From positions 22,385 through 86,384 of the forward strand of contig JAKBKY010000001.1 of assembly GCA_021832345.1 (NCBI GenBank): a stretch of DNA of 64,000 nt, read 5' to 3'. Under the pieces are notes generated by a model. The model made no database searches and was not told where the DNA came from. It was given only the letters and a program-made list of their open reading frames with translations. Within the stretch, counting starts at the first letter, position 1. Each line of letters begins with the position of its first letter. The DNA comes from a bacterium (GTDB lineage: Bacteria; Vulcanimicrobiota; Vulcanimicrobiia; Vulcanimicrobiales; Vulcanimicrobiaceae). Of the stretch, positions 18,944 to 28,265 are shown piece by piece. The position numbers and the translations under genes are program-made.

Positions 18944-20088
18944 GCCACGACCTGCGCGGTCTGCGCCTGGCGATTCTCGCGCCGATCTCTCGACCCACAC
19001 CGCCGCTCGGCTACGGGCCGTGGGAGCAGATCGCGTACTCGATCGCGGTCGGCATGCGTCGCCGCGGGCTCGACGTAACGCTCTTTGCAGCCGGCAACTC
19101 GCAGTTTGAGGGGAAACTCGCCTCGGTCGTCCCGGTCGGCATCGAAGAAGATCCGGCGCTCAGCGGCGAGGTGTTTGGAGCGCTGCACACGGCGGAACTC
19201 CTGCGTCGAGCCGATGAGTTCGACCTCATCCACAACAACTTCGACTGGAAGCCGATGACCTATGCGCTGGCGCGAGAAACCCCGCCGTTGCTCACGACGA
19301 TTCACGGCTTCTCCTCACCGCAGATCTTAGCCGCCTACTACGCCTGCGCCTGGCGCAGCTTCTACTGTTCGATCAGCGATGCGGACCGGGATCCCGGCCT
19401 CGCCTATCTTGCCACCACCTACAACGGCATCGACGTCAACGAGTTTACCTTCGTCGACCGGCCGGGAGCGTATCTCGTCTTTCTCGGCCGCTTCCACCCC
19501 GAGAAGGGCGCGCATCTCGCGATCGAGGTGGCGCAGCGCACGAAACTGCCGCTCGTGCTGGCCGGTATCGCCCAGGACGAACGCTATTTCAGAACGGAGA
19601 TCGAACCACACCTCGACGGGGAGCAGATTCGCTATATCGGCGCGGTGGAACGGAGCGCTCGCGATGCGCTGCTGCGCAATGCGCTGGCGCTGGTCCATCT
19701 CACCACCCGGCCCGAGCGCTTCGGGCTCACGCTGATCGAAGCGATGGCCTGCGGCACTCCGGTCCTGGGCGCGCGCATGGGCTCCATCCCCGAGATCGTC
19801 ATCGACGGCGTCACCGGTTTTCTCTGCGATTCCACCGATGATGCCGTCGCGCGAACGGCGGAGCTGGCGTCGCTGGAACGGCGCGCTTGCCGCGCACACG
19901 TGGCTGCGAACTTCTCGGTCGAACGGATGATCGACCGTTATCTTGAAGCATACGCCTGCGCGCTCGAACGGCGGCTTCCCGAGCCGCCTACGCCTTCGCA
20001 ACTCGCTTGGCGACAACACGATTGGTGGGACCGGCCGATGGCCTTCACCGACCTGCCGGCGAAACCGCGCTCCTTACACTTTGATTAG
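18940..20088 (+). CDS. Glycosyltransferase family 4 (GT-B)
   Basis: FLGRFHPEKG and EAMACGTPVLGARMGSIPEIV signature. Confidence 0.8.
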   Translation: MSHDLRGLRLAILAPISRPTPPLGYGPWEQIAYSIAVGMRRRGLDVTLFAAGNSQFEGKLASVVPVGIEEDPALSGEVFGALHTAELLRRADEFDLIHNNFDWKPMTYALARETPPLLTTIHGFSSPQILAAYYACAWRSFYCSISDADRDPGLAYLATTYNGIDVNEFTFVDRPGAYLVFLGRFHPEKGAHLAIEVAQRTKLPLVLAGIAQDERYFRTEIEPHLDGEQIRYIGAVERSARDALLRNALALVHLTTRPERFGLTLIEAMACGTPVLGARMGSIPEIVIDGVTGFLCDSTDDAVARTAELASLERRACRAHVAANFSVERMIDRYLEAYACALERRLPEPPTPSQLAWRQHDWWDRPMAFTDLPAKPRSLHFD

Positions 20089-20093
20089 GAGCG

Positions 20094-21233
20094 TCACGAA
20101 GAGGCCGTCCAGAAGAGCAGACGATGGGCGGCTTGAGCACGCGCCACCACGGCATCGTCCACGGCACCGTCGACCACCATCGTGAAGTGGCCCATCTTGC
20201 GCCGCGGCGCGGCATGACGCTTGCCGTAGACGTGGAGCACGATGGACGGATCGGCGAGCAGCTCTGCGATGCCGCCGAGGCGGTCCCCCGAACCGTCTCC
20301 TAATATGTTGCACATGACGGCATTCGCCAGCATGTGAGGCGGCGAGAGCGGCAGCTCGCAGATCGCGCGCACGTGCTGCTCGTACTGCGAGCAGGGTGTC
20401 ACGTCCATCGTGTAGTGCCCGCTGTTATGCGGACGCGGCGCGATCTCATTGACCAGCAGCTCGTCGTTTTCCGTCAAGAAGAACTCCACGCAGTAGGTGC
20501 CGACGATGCGCAGTCGCCGGCCGATGGTCACGGCGGCCTCCCGCGCCCGGCGTGCAACGGCTTCGGAAATACGTGCGGGAGCGATCGTCATGGTAAGGAT
20601 GCCGTTATCGTGGCTGTTCTCGCAGACCGGATAGGTGATGACCGCGTCACGCGCATCGCGCGTGGCGATTACGCTCAGCTCCTGCTTAAACGACACGAAC
20701 CGTTCGAAGATGAGCGTCTTGCCGCGCGCTTGCGCGAAGGCGGCTCGCGCCGAGGCCATGCCCTCGACACGCCACTGCCCCTTGCCGTCGTATCCGCCGT
20801 GCGAGGTCTTCATCACGGCGGGAAAGCCGATCGTCATCGCCGCACGTGCGATATCTTCGAGGCGTTCGATGGCTTCAAAGTCCACCGTCGGGATGCCGCA
20901 CTCGCGCACGAAGCGCTTTTCGGCGAGCCGGTCTTGCGTGGTACGCAACACGCCGCTCGATGGAGTCACCTGATGGCCCGTTCGTTCGAGATGCTCGACG
21001 GCGCCGATGGCGATGTTCTCGAACTCGTAGGTCACGATATCGCTCATGCGGCCCAAGCGTTCGATCGCCCCAAGATCGTCATAGGCTGCAACGATCTGCT
21101 CGTCGGCGACCTGCCCGCACGGTGAGTGCTCCTGTGGGTCGAGGACGCTCACGTGATACCCCATGCGCTTGGCATCGAGCGCAAGCATGCGGCCGAGCTG
21201 GCCGCCTCCGATGACGCCGATGCGGCCCGTCAC
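20094..21233 (-). CDS. purK: N5-carboxyaminoimidazole ribonucleotide synthase
   Basis: ATP-grasp protein with N-terminus [17 protein letters not shown]. Co-oriented immediately downstream of purE. Confidence 0.9.
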   Translation of the reverse strand: MTGRIGVIGGGQLGRMLALDAKRMGYHVSVLDPQEHSPCGQVADEQIVAAYDDLGAIERLGRMSDIVTYEFENIAIGAVEHLERTGHQVTPSSGVLRTTQDRLAEKRFVRECGIPTVDFEAIERLEDIARAAMTIGFPAVMKTSHGGYDGKGQWRVEGMASARAAFAQARGKTLIFERFVSFKQELSVIATRDARDAVITYPVCENSHDNGILTMTIAPARISEAVARRAREAAVTIGRRLRIVGTYCVEFFLTENDELLVNEIAPRPHNSGHYTMDVTPCSQYEQHVRAICELPLSPPHMLANAVMCNILGDGSGDRLGGIAELLADPSIVLHVYGKRHAAPRRKMGHFTMVVDGAVDDAVVARAQAAHRLLFWTASS

Positions 21234-21724
21234 GCGTTGGGATCGCTCGTCAGCGCTGCCTCGTGCATACGCTTGGTGTACTCGCTCAGGCGGTCGGCGA
21301 TGGACACATCGCGCAGCGCCAGGATGCGCGCAGCTAAGAGCGCCGCATTGGCGGCATTGCCGATGGCGACCGTGGCCACGGGCACGCCTTTGGGCATCTG
21401 CACGATCGAGAGCAACGAGTCCAGCCCGCCGAGCGCCTTCGTCGGCACCGGCACGCCGATGACCGGCAGGCTCGTTTTCGCCGCCGTCATTCCGGGCAGG
21501 TGCGCCGCTCCGCCGGCGCCTGCGATGATGACCTGGATGCCGCGAGCTGCGGCGCCCTGCGCGTAGGCGAACATCTCGTCGGGCATACGGTGGGCCGAGA
21601 CGACCCGCACTTCGCAGGGGATCAAGAGTTCGTCGAGCAGCAAACGGGCGGCCGACATCGTCTCCATATCCGTAATGCTGCCCATGATGATGCCGACGAG
21701 CGGCTTCGGGTTACTCTGCGCCAT
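21230..21724 (-). CDS. purE: N5-CAIR mutase
   Basis: [16 protein letters not shown]...GGAAHLPGM motifs. The start MAQSNP was chosen; the longer upstream extension in the ORF track has no homology. Confidence 0.9.
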   Translation of the reverse strand: MAQSNPKPLVGIIMGSITDMETMSAARLLLDELLIPCEVRVVSAHRMPDEMFAYAQGAAARGIQVIIAGAGGAAHLPGMTAAKTSLPVIGVPVPTKALGGLDSLLSIVQMPKGVPVATVAIGNAANAALLAARILALRDVSIADRLSEYTKRMHEAALTSDPNA

Positions 21725-21787
21725 GCTCGCCTGCGCTTCGCCCCGGACGAGCAAGCGCCCTCGCATCCCGCGGCGAAAGGCGGCTCC

Positions 21788-23020
21788 ATGCCCCCATTCT
21801 TGCTCGGCATCAACTACTGGCCTCGGCGTAGCGCCCTCTCCTGGTGGGAGCGCTTCGATCTGAACGAGATGTGCGACGACTTCGCGCAGATCGCCGCCCT
21901 CGGCTTCGATGTCGTGCGCTTCTTCCTGCGCTGGGAGAGCTTCCAGCCGAGCCCGGAGCAGATCGATGCCGGAGCACTCGCACACTTCGAGCAGGTGATG
22001 ACGGCACTCGATGAGGCCGGCCTGCGCGGGATGCCCACGCTCTTCTGCGGCCATATGAGCGGCGTGAACTGGCTGCCGGAGTGGACCTTGGACCCCGGCA
22101 CGCCGGCCGGGCGCTTCCGTACCATCTCAGGCGGACGAGAGCGCGCCTGCGGCATCGGCGACTTCTATGCCGATCCGAACCTCCTGGGCGCCCAGGAACG
22201 CTTGGCGCGGGCACTCGGTGAACGCGTCTGCGCCCATCCGGCACTCTTGGGTTGGGACCTAGGCAACGAGTTCTCCAATCTGCGGCAGCCCACGAGCGCG
22301 GCCGATGCGGCGGGTTGGAGCGCGCGCTTGAGTTGCGCACTCGAGGAGAGTTCGGCGCGACCGGTCAGCGCCGGCACGCACGGCGAGGATCTCTCGCAAG
22401 ATCGCAACCTGCGTCTCTCCAGCCTCTGTGCGCCGTTCGCGTACGCGACCATGCACGGCTATCCCGTCTACAGCAGCTTCGCTCGCAATCGCCTCGATCC
22501 CAACGTCGTGCCGTTTCTCGCCGAGCTTGCGTCGGCATGCGCAGGCAAACCGGTGCTCTTCACGGAGCTTGGCAATCCCGGTGCGCCGCGCGGCACGGTC
22601 TCGCCAGGCGATCGCGTGCCGCTGCCGGGCGAAGCGCTGCTGCGCGCAGATGCATTGCCGAAGAACGCCGCTCCCTATGCTTGCGCGACGGATGAAGAGA
22701 TGGCGCGCTACGCGTACGAAACGATCGCGCGGCTGCACGCGCGCGGGGCGCTGGGCGCATTCTGGTGGTGCTTTGCCGACTACGCGCGCGATCTTGCCGA
22801 TCAACCACCGTTCGACCGCGCACCCCACGAACTGCACTTCGGCATCGTCGACGCCGATGGGAACGCGAAACCGGTCGCCCAAGCACTGCGACGATTCGCC
22901 CAAGAGCAACGCCGGGTGGTCGCTGCTCCCCCGCCGCTCGTCGATGAAACGACCTATTACACTGCACTTCCGCAAGGGCTTGAGGGGCTCTACCGTGGCT
23001 ACTGCGCGCTCTATCCGTAA
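21788..23020 (+). CDS. Glycoside hydrolase, clan GH-A TIM barrel (GH5/GH113-like)
   Basis: WDLGNEF catalytic acid/base region and a (beta/alpha)8 pattern. Start at [12 protein letters not shown]. Confidence 0.6.
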   Translation: MPPFLLGINYWPRRSALSWWERFDLNEMCDDFAQIAALGFDVVRFFLRWESFQPSPEQIDAGALAHFEQVMTALDEAGLRGMPTLFCGHMSGVNWLPEWTLDPGTPAGRFRTISGGRERACGIGDFYADPNLLGAQERLARALGERVCAHPALLGWDLGNEFSNLRQPTSAADAAGWSARLSCALEESSARPVSAGTHGEDLSQDRNLRLSSLCAPFAYATMHGYPVYSSFARNRLDPNVVPFLAELASACAGKPVLFTELGNPGAPRGTVSPGDRVPLPGEALLRADALPKNAAPYACATDEEMARYAYETIARLHARGALGAFWWCFADYARDLADQPPFDRAPHELHFGIVDADGNAKPVAQALRRFAQEQRRVVAAPPPLVDETTYYTALPQGLEGLYRGYCALYP

Positions 23021-23024
23021 AGCG

Positions 23025-24113
23025 ATGATCGTCACCGGTGCGAGCAGCGGCATCGGCCGCGCGCTTGCGCTCGCCGCCGCGCGCGCCGGCTACGGCGTCA
23101 CCGTCGTCGCACGCCGTGCCGAACGACTCGAAACGCTTCGCACCGAGATTCACGCATTCGGTGGGCTCTGCACGGTCGTCGTGGCAGATGTGTGCGCGCT
23201 CGATGCGCCGAGGCGCATCGTTGAGGCAACCGTGGCTGCCTTCGGGCGCGTCGACATCCTCGTCAACAATGCCGGCGTCGGCGCACCGGGGCGGTTGTTG
23301 GAGCAATCCCAAGCCGACCTCGATGCGCAATGGCAACTGCACGTGGTGGCGCCGCTGCGCCTCACGCGCGCTGCGCTCGACGAGCTGCGCGACGTTCGCG
23401 GCGGCGTTGCCTTCGTCGGTTCCGGGCTTGCGCGCGTACCGCTGCCGGAGTTCGGCGCCTACTGCTTAGCCAAAGCCGCCGTCCGCGGCGCGGCCACGCA
23501 ACTACGCCGCGAACTGCACCGGGACGGCATCGCCGTCAGCTACATCGATCCCGGCACCGTCAACACCGAGTTTTCGCAAGCCTCCGGAACGGGCAATCGC
23601 GCCCCTGCGCGCTTTCTCGTTCCCGCCGAACCGGTCGCGCGTGCGATCCTGCGCGGCCTCGAGCGCCGCTCCGCGAACATCAATGCGGTTCCGTCACAGG
23701 CCGCGCTCGTCGTCCTGGGTGAGTGGTGCTGGCCGCTGGTCGATCGCCTCGTCATGCGCCCGCGGGCTGCAGGCGCGCGGGTTCCAGAGGCACCGCCGAT
23801 GACGGTCGGGAGCACGGTCGGTGAACCGGCATCAGTAAGCGACACGAAGCAGATGCCGGCGAAGGTATCATTCTCTGAGGCGCTCGCACCGGTCGCTCGG
23901 CGGATGGAACGCGTCAAGCTTTCGCCTGCGTTTCTCCAAGACAGTCTCGTGGCCGGCACGACGCTCGATCTGCATGAGCTGGCGATGCGTTGGGCCGGCA
24001 TGCCCAACAAGAATGAGCGCGCGGTACTGCGCGAAGCGCTCGAAGCGCTTGCCGCTGCACGGTTCCTAGAGCCAACGGGCGAGACAACCTGGCGCGTGCT
24101 GCGCGATGATTAA
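23025..24113 (+). CDS. SDR-family oxidoreductase with ~110-aa C-terminal extension
   Basis: TGASSGIG Rossmann motif, NNAG and YxxxK (YCLAKAA). It continues for ~110 residues beyond a normal SDR. Confidence 0.8.
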   Translation: MIVTGASSGIGRALALAAARAGYGVTVVARRAERLETLRTEIHAFGGLCTVVVADVCALDAPRRIVEATVAAFGRVDILVNNAGVGAPGRLLEQSQADLDAQWQLHVVAPLRLTRAALDELRDVRGGVAFVGSGLARVPLPEFGAYCLAKAAVRGAATQLRRELHRDGIAVSYIDPGTVNTEFSQASGTGNRAPARFLVPAEPVARAILRGLERRSANINAVPSQAALVVLGEWCWPLVDRLVMRPRAAGARVPEAPPMTVGSTVGEPASVSDTKQMPAKVSFSEALAPVARRMERVKLSPAFLQDSLVAGTTLDLHELAMRWAGMPNKNERAVLREALEALAAARFLEPTGETTWRVLRDD

Positions 24114-25009
24114 GGCGTGGCGCTTGGCTCCGTTTGAGCGCCTTTCAGGGCAGCCACGATCGTATCGGTATCATGGCGCAGCATGGAGATGTAGGTCGCA
24201 ACGCGTGGGTCGCTGCCGACGGAGTCGACATAGAGAGAATCCACAACCCGCAGGGCACTGCCCGCTCCGAGTGCGCGCTCGAGTTTGGCCCCCTGGCGCG
24301 GCCCGGCAAAGACCACGTGGACGTTGTAGCGCTCGGCAAGCGCTGCGATCCGGGCGAGTTGCGCTGCACTGGGCGCCGCACCCTGCGCAACGGGAACGAG
24401 AATGCTGCGAACTCCGAAGCGAGCGTCGTAGTACGTAAAACGGCGATTGAGTGCGATCATCGTCCGTTGCGCGGGGGTGAGCGCGTCGATCTTCTTCGCG
24501 ATCTCGGCGGTGAGCGAAGCCAGTTTGCCGTCATAGTCGAAGGCGTTACGAGCGTAGGTGTCGCGGTACTTGGGATCTTCATAGATCAACGCATTGCGAA
24601 TCTTGCGTATGTAGGCTTTGGCCGCGACCGGATCCATCCAGAGGTAGGGATTGCCCTTACGAATCGGCTGATAGCGCGTCAGCACGACGTGGGCGAGCTT
24701 CGGCGCGGCCGCATCCCCCAATAACCGGCCGAGCCACGGCTCCAGACCGACGCCGTTCTCGACGAGCAACTGCGCGGCGCGCACCTGGGTGACGTTCTGC
24801 TGCGTTGGGCGGTAACTGCGAACCGGTGTACCGACGGGCACGAGGCTGCTCACGCGAACGCGCGAGCCGCCGACGGCGCGTACCAGCGAGGCGAAGGTCG
24901 ATGTCGTCGTGACCACCCGCACACGCGGCATATGGGGACCGCAGCCGGAGAGAAGCAACGTTGCGGCAAGCAGAGCGAGTGCACGAATCTTCAGCGGCAT
25001 GTATTGCAA
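24110..25009 (-). CDS. Metal (Zn/Mn) ABC-transporter substrate-binding lipoprotein, ZnuA/TroA family
   Basis: Lipobox LLLSGC and a TroA-like fold. Adjacent to a Fur-family gene. No permease or ATPase genes are nearby. Confidence 0.75.
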   Translation of the reverse strand: MQYMPLKIRALALLAATLLLSGCGPHMPRVRVVTTTSTFASLVRAVGGSRVRVSSLVPVGTPVRSYRPTQQNVTQVRAAQLLVENGVGLEPWLGRLLGDAAAPKLAHVVLTRYQPIRKGNPYLWMDPVAAKAYIRKIRNALIYEDPKYRDTYARNAFDYDGKLASLTAEIAKKIDALTPAQRTMIALNRRFTYYDARFGVRSILVPVAQGAAPSAAQLARIAALAERYNVHVVFAGPRQGAKLERALGAGSALRVVDSLYVDSVGSDPRVATYISMLRHDTDTIVAALKGAQTEPSATP

Positions 25010-25443
25010 ACTCCTGAAAACTCCATCGCGTGGCCGTCGAGTTCAAAACCGTATCTCTGCTGCAAGGCTGAGGCAAACTCATCCAGCGCGCGACACGGCA
25101 CGTCCTCAACGCGGCCACAGATACGACAGATGGCGTGGTGGTGGTGGTGCTCGGGTTCGCAGAGCATATAGGTCGTCTCGCCGCGTTCATCCACGCGAGC
25201 CGATACGGTGCCCTTGGTATGCAGGCGTTCCAAGGTACGATAGACGGTCGCCAGCGATACGCGCGCCTGTTCCACGTCCAGACGCGTGTGAATCTGGGTG
25301 GCCGAGAGGTAGCGCCGGTCGCTCTCCAAGAGGCGCTCGATGGCTCCACGCGGCCGGGTGGCGTAGTCAGCCCGCATATGATGTGGGGTTTTGCGAATGT
25401 TTCGCAAATCCTGCGCGGCGGTTGCAGGGCCCGCCGCCGCCAC
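24991..25443 (-). CDS. Fur-family metalloregulator (Zur-like)
   Basis: HHHH...CxxC motifs (EPEHHHHHAICRICG...CNTC) and a winged helix. Confidence 0.85.
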   Translation of the reverse strand: MAAAGPATAAQDLRNIRKTPHHMRADYATRPRGAIERLLESDRRYLSATQIHTRLDVEQARVSLATVYRTLERLHTKGTVSARVDERGETTYMLCEPEHHHHHAICRICGRVEDVPCRALDEFASALQQRYGFELDGHAMEFSGVCNTCR

Positions 25444-25466
25444 GTATAATCAGGCCCGTCGCCCCT

Positions 25467-25542
25467 GGGGATGTAGCTCAGCTGGTAGAGCACTTGCTTC
25501 GCATGTAAGGGGTCAGGAGTTCGAGTCTCCTCATCTCCACCA
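25467..25542 (+). tRNA. tRNA-Ala (anticodon CGC)
   Basis: 76-nt cloverleaf GGGGATGTAGCTCAGCTGGTAGAGCACTTGCTTCGCATGTAAGGGGTCAGGAGTTCGAGTCTCCTCATCTCCACCA with G3:U70, a CGC anticodon and encoded CCA. Confidence 0.9.
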
Positions 25543-25548
25543 CGTGGG

Positions 25549-25582
25549 AGCCCGCGTCGTTAATAATGACGCGGGCATTTTC
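25549..25582 (+). terminator. Hairpin (cccgcgtc-N9-gacgcggg) followed by a short T tract, 3' of the tRNA
   Basis: 8-bp perfect stem followed by cattttctt. Confidence 0.4.
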
Positions 25583-25696
25583 TTGACCCAGCCCTCCTTA
25601 GAGCTACTTTACAACTCTTTAGATGTGAGGGGATAGGGACCATCTTATTGCCCCCTATCCTAGAACGGGTAACCCAGGATCCCACATACCACCGTC

Positions 25697-25867
25697 TTAT
25701 CGCTTTTTTGTCGTATTCTGCTTTGCCACCGCAGCGGTGATGTCGCGCTGCCGCATTTCGATCTTAAGATCCTGATAGCTCGGTATCTCCCGGAGGGATT
25801 CCGGCCAACTGTTAATTTCCTGCTGTACGCGCTCATATTGGTGCTGAATCATTTCGCGGTCGGTCAT
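25697..25867 (-). CDS. 56-aa protein (MTDREMIQHQYERVQQEINSWPESLREIPSYQDLKIEMRQRDITAAVAKQNTTKKR), candidate partner of the deaminase
   Basis: Not in the ORF track (under 60 aa). Its ATG overlaps the TGA of the upstream deaminase gene (ATGA). An AAGGAA RBS sits inside the 3' end of the upstream gene. Low GC. Confidence 0.45.
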   Translation of the reverse strand: MTDREMIQHQYERVQQEINSWPESLREIPSYQDLKIEMRQRDITAAVAKQNTTKKR

Positions 25868-27603
25868 CTTTTATTTCCTTTACTAACAGCTGCTTTGCGA
25901 TGAGGTGCTTTTTTCTGAGGTTGTTTATTACGTGAGTTCGCGTGCGCCTTATTGGTCAGAGGAAGGGACACTTGGCGCGGCGCCCGCTCTAGGAAAGCGC
26001 TTACGGCATCGGTTTCTGCGACCGAAATCGCGCGAGGCGTCGGCGCGTATTGCGGCAGGCGAAGCGTGGCAACTGCAGCATTAAAGTCTACCGGTTCTCC
26101 TCTTGTGGTTTTTCGGTCCATGGACATAGCGAAAAAATCCAAGTAACGGCTGGGCGCTATTCCCACAAACGAATGAAAGTGAACTTTCAAGTCTTTTTCA
26201 GGGCGCTGTTTATTGATATCGATCGAATCGTCGTAGAGATCAGCGACTAGGCTTTTTGGATATGCTTCGAAATAAATCAGTTCCCTCAATCCGCTTGCAA
26301 CAATATGCTTTGCGCAGTCATGGCAAGGAAAGGTCGTTGTGTACATGGTGCATCCTGAAATTTCTATGCCGTTTCGTGCTGCATCCGTAATGGCTGCCAT
26401 TTCCGCGTGCACAGCGCGTACGTAATCAATTGTCCCAGTCAGGAACGCACCTTTTAGTACGGCTTTATGAGGCAACTTTGAGCCCGCAATCTCCCTTTGC
26501 GCCGCGACCGATTGTTTGTTTTCCTGCTCCCAGCTACCAAAGAACAGTACGTCTAGCAGTTCTTCCGGTTCCTTGTTATTCAGGGTCGCATCGAGATACT
26601 TCGCATCTCGTAGGCGTTTTAGAAAATCAACAATTGCTCGCTGCCGAAAATAATCGCTCGAGTCACGATCGCGGTGGAAGTCGCGTCCCTTTTCATAGGT
26701 TTTATCATCGCATTCCCAGTACTGTCCGCCGAATGGTCGCGCAACCTCGTTCGTTCCGACAGCGGCGACCGAACCTTCTTCGCGCAAGACCGCAGCACCC
26801 ACTTGCCGAGCCATGGAGCCAGACCTCGCCTGAGCAGCACGCGCAAGGAACATCCCATACTCTTGTTTCGTAGGCGTTAAGTAGGGGTAACCAAAAAGCA
26901 ACTGAATGACACGGCTTATCTGGTCGCGTACGTCGTTCTTCCGGGAAGTATCCACGACGACGTCAGAAAGCTCGAATGCCTTCCTAAGGCGCTGGCCAAA
27001 TTCACGATGTTCGTCCTCGTCGCGCTCCATCAGATCCCGCACAAGATCGTATTTGACCTTACCTGTTTGAGAGATAGATTTCTGGAGCTTGCGCTCGCGA
27101 ACCTCAGGAGGCTCGTAAATACCGATAGCCACGAACGACGGCCCGTAAATCGACCGCAAGCGCTCTACTTCGGCGGGATGCTTAAGCGAGTCAATGATAA
27201 ATGCTGTGTGCGTGTGCATCCTATTTTGCTTCTCTACGCGACCATCTTTTACCAACGCATCGCGCTGTTCTTGGATCGCTACAACCGCGATCATCGCAAC
27301 AGCTTCTTCGATCCCTTGCTGCTCACGTATCGCGTTCCCGGCCCTCATTAACAGATCTTTTCGTTCGAGCGAGTTCTTAAATCGCGGATCTTTAGTGATT
27401 TGAAGAAGAGATTCGCGCTCCGGAAATGCGCCCACGTAGCGCGGAATCTTGTCGCTTAACTTAATGGGATCAGGGACGTTATACTTGAAACTGCTTAGTT
27501 CGTTGCGAAGCGCCTTAATCACCAAATCGCGATCAGCGCCAATAGGAACAATGAGACCGAAAACCAGGTCCTGCCCCATAGGTGATGGTTTTTTAACCTT
27601 CAT
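25864..27603 (-). CDS. P-loop-kinase-like N-domain (degenerate Walker A) fused to dCMP/dCTP deaminase domain; candidate nucleotide-depletion defence effector
   Basis: C-terminal half carries the cytidine/dCMP-deaminase zinc motifs HAEMAAI ... FPCHDCAKHI and the upstream deaminase core EYGMFLARAAQARSGSMARQVGAAVL..AAVGTNE. The N-terminal ~250 aa carry LVFGLIVPIGADRDLVIKAL, a P-loop-like motif with GKST replaced by ADRD. The tail is basic. The start MKVKKP forms an ATGA overlap with the upstream HTH gene. Confidence 0.7.
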   Translation of the reverse strand: MKVKKPSPMGQDLVFGLIVPIGADRDLVIKALRNELSSFKYNVPDPIKLSDKIPRYVGAFPERESLLQITKDPRFKNSLERKDLLMRAGNAIREQQGIEEAVAMIAVVAIQEQRDALVKDGRVEKQNRMHTHTAFIIDSLKHPAEVERLRSIYGPSFVAIGIYEPPEVRERKLQKSISQTGKVKYDLVRDLMERDEDEHREFGQRLRKAFELSDVVVDTSRKNDVRDQISRVIQLLFGYPYLTPTKQEYGMFLARAAQARSGSMARQVGAAVLREEGSVAAVGTNEVARPFGGQYWECDDKTYEKGRDFHRDRDSSDYFRQRAIVDFLKRLRDAKYLDATLNNKEPEELLDVLFFGSWEQENKQSVAAQREIAGSKLPHKAVLKGAFLTGTIDYVRAVHAEMAAITDAARNGIEISGCTMYTTTFPCHDCAKHIVASGLRELIYFEAYPKSLVADLYDDSIDINKQRPEKDLKVHFHSFVGIAPSRYLDFFAMSMDRKTTRGEPVDFNAAVATLRLPQYAPTPRAISVAETDAVSAFLERAPRQVSLPLTNKAHANSRNKQPQKKAPHRKAAVSKGNKR

Positions 27604-27848
27604 TGTTGTATGAGGGCGAGCAAGGTAAGCTGTTCTGGGAGCTCCTCGATGACACTCCCGAGCTTGCGGGATCGGTATTGTGCGTGGCGCGATAGGCGCG
27701 CAAGTTCGAAGCAACGCTCGATGTCTCTTGGGGCGTAGACACGCCGCCCGCGGCTATCACGTTGAGGTAGAAGCAATCCATCCTTTTCCCACCGTCGTAG
27801 CGTGTCGGGCGAGCGACCGATCATCTCGCAAACCGCCCTAATCCCCAT
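27600..27848 (-). CDS. MerR-type HTH DNA-binding protein (excisionase-like), first gene of the deaminase cassette
   Basis: MGIRAVCEMIGRSPDTLRRWEKDGLLLPQRDSRGRRVYAPRDIERCF is a MerR HTH. The stop overlaps the deaminase start. The ORF track also allows an upstream start at 27908. Confidence 0.6.
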   Translation of the reverse strand: MGIRAVCEMIGRSPDTLRRWEKDGLLLPQRDSRGRRVYAPRDIERCFELARLSRHAQYRSRKLGSVIEELPEQLTLLALIQQ

Positions 27849-28265
27849 ACTAATTAAGATTCGCCCTCTGCCCCTTCGATGCCTATGCAAAGGGGGCAAA
27901 GGGAACATGCGTTCGCATTAGAGTGTACCTCGTATTATGAGCCAGCGCAATGGTGAAGACCCTTGGGATAAGTCGATTTTCTTGTGGTCTGCTTGTGTAG
28001 AACCCACGCCCGCTCCGCAAAAATTCCCGCAGTTGGGCGTCGTCGCATCGCAAGCGAGGCACACCGCACCGTCGCCCAGTCTCGCCGCTCGAACGGCAGA
28101 ACGAGGATATCCTGCACACTAGAACCGCCCTCGCGTGCTTGAATGCTCGCCGTGGTGGCCGGGAAACCTGCAGCGAGAATCCCGGCTTGGTGGATTGCTA
28201 GGGTGCAGTCAGAGTTGGTTCAGCGAAAGGGGGTTAGCGGCACGACTTGCCGGCCTGATATGCAG

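Noticed and set aside
21725-22054. Long N-terminal extension of the purE ORF (274 aa in the ORF track).
   Set aside because: PurE homology begins at [16 protein letters not shown]. The extension overlaps the divergent glycoside hydrolase gene and has no homology, so the start was set at 21724.
24110-25443. zur-znuA pair as a possible incomplete zinc-uptake operon (no znuBC).
   Set aside because: The permease and ATPase genes may simply lie outside the window or be unlinked. The pair is not unusual enough to flag.
25631-25662. Inverted repeat ggataggg-N14-ccctatcc between the tRNA and the 56-aa ORF, considered as a terminator or att core.
   Set aside because: No flanking T-tract in either orientation and no second copy elsewhere in the window, so its role cannot be supported.
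27883-28122. Overlapping small ORFs on both strands in the gap between the MerR-like gene and the MqsA-like HTH gene.
   Set aside because: Mutually exclusive, no RBS, nonsense-like composition. The gap more likely holds the promoter for the deaminase cassette.
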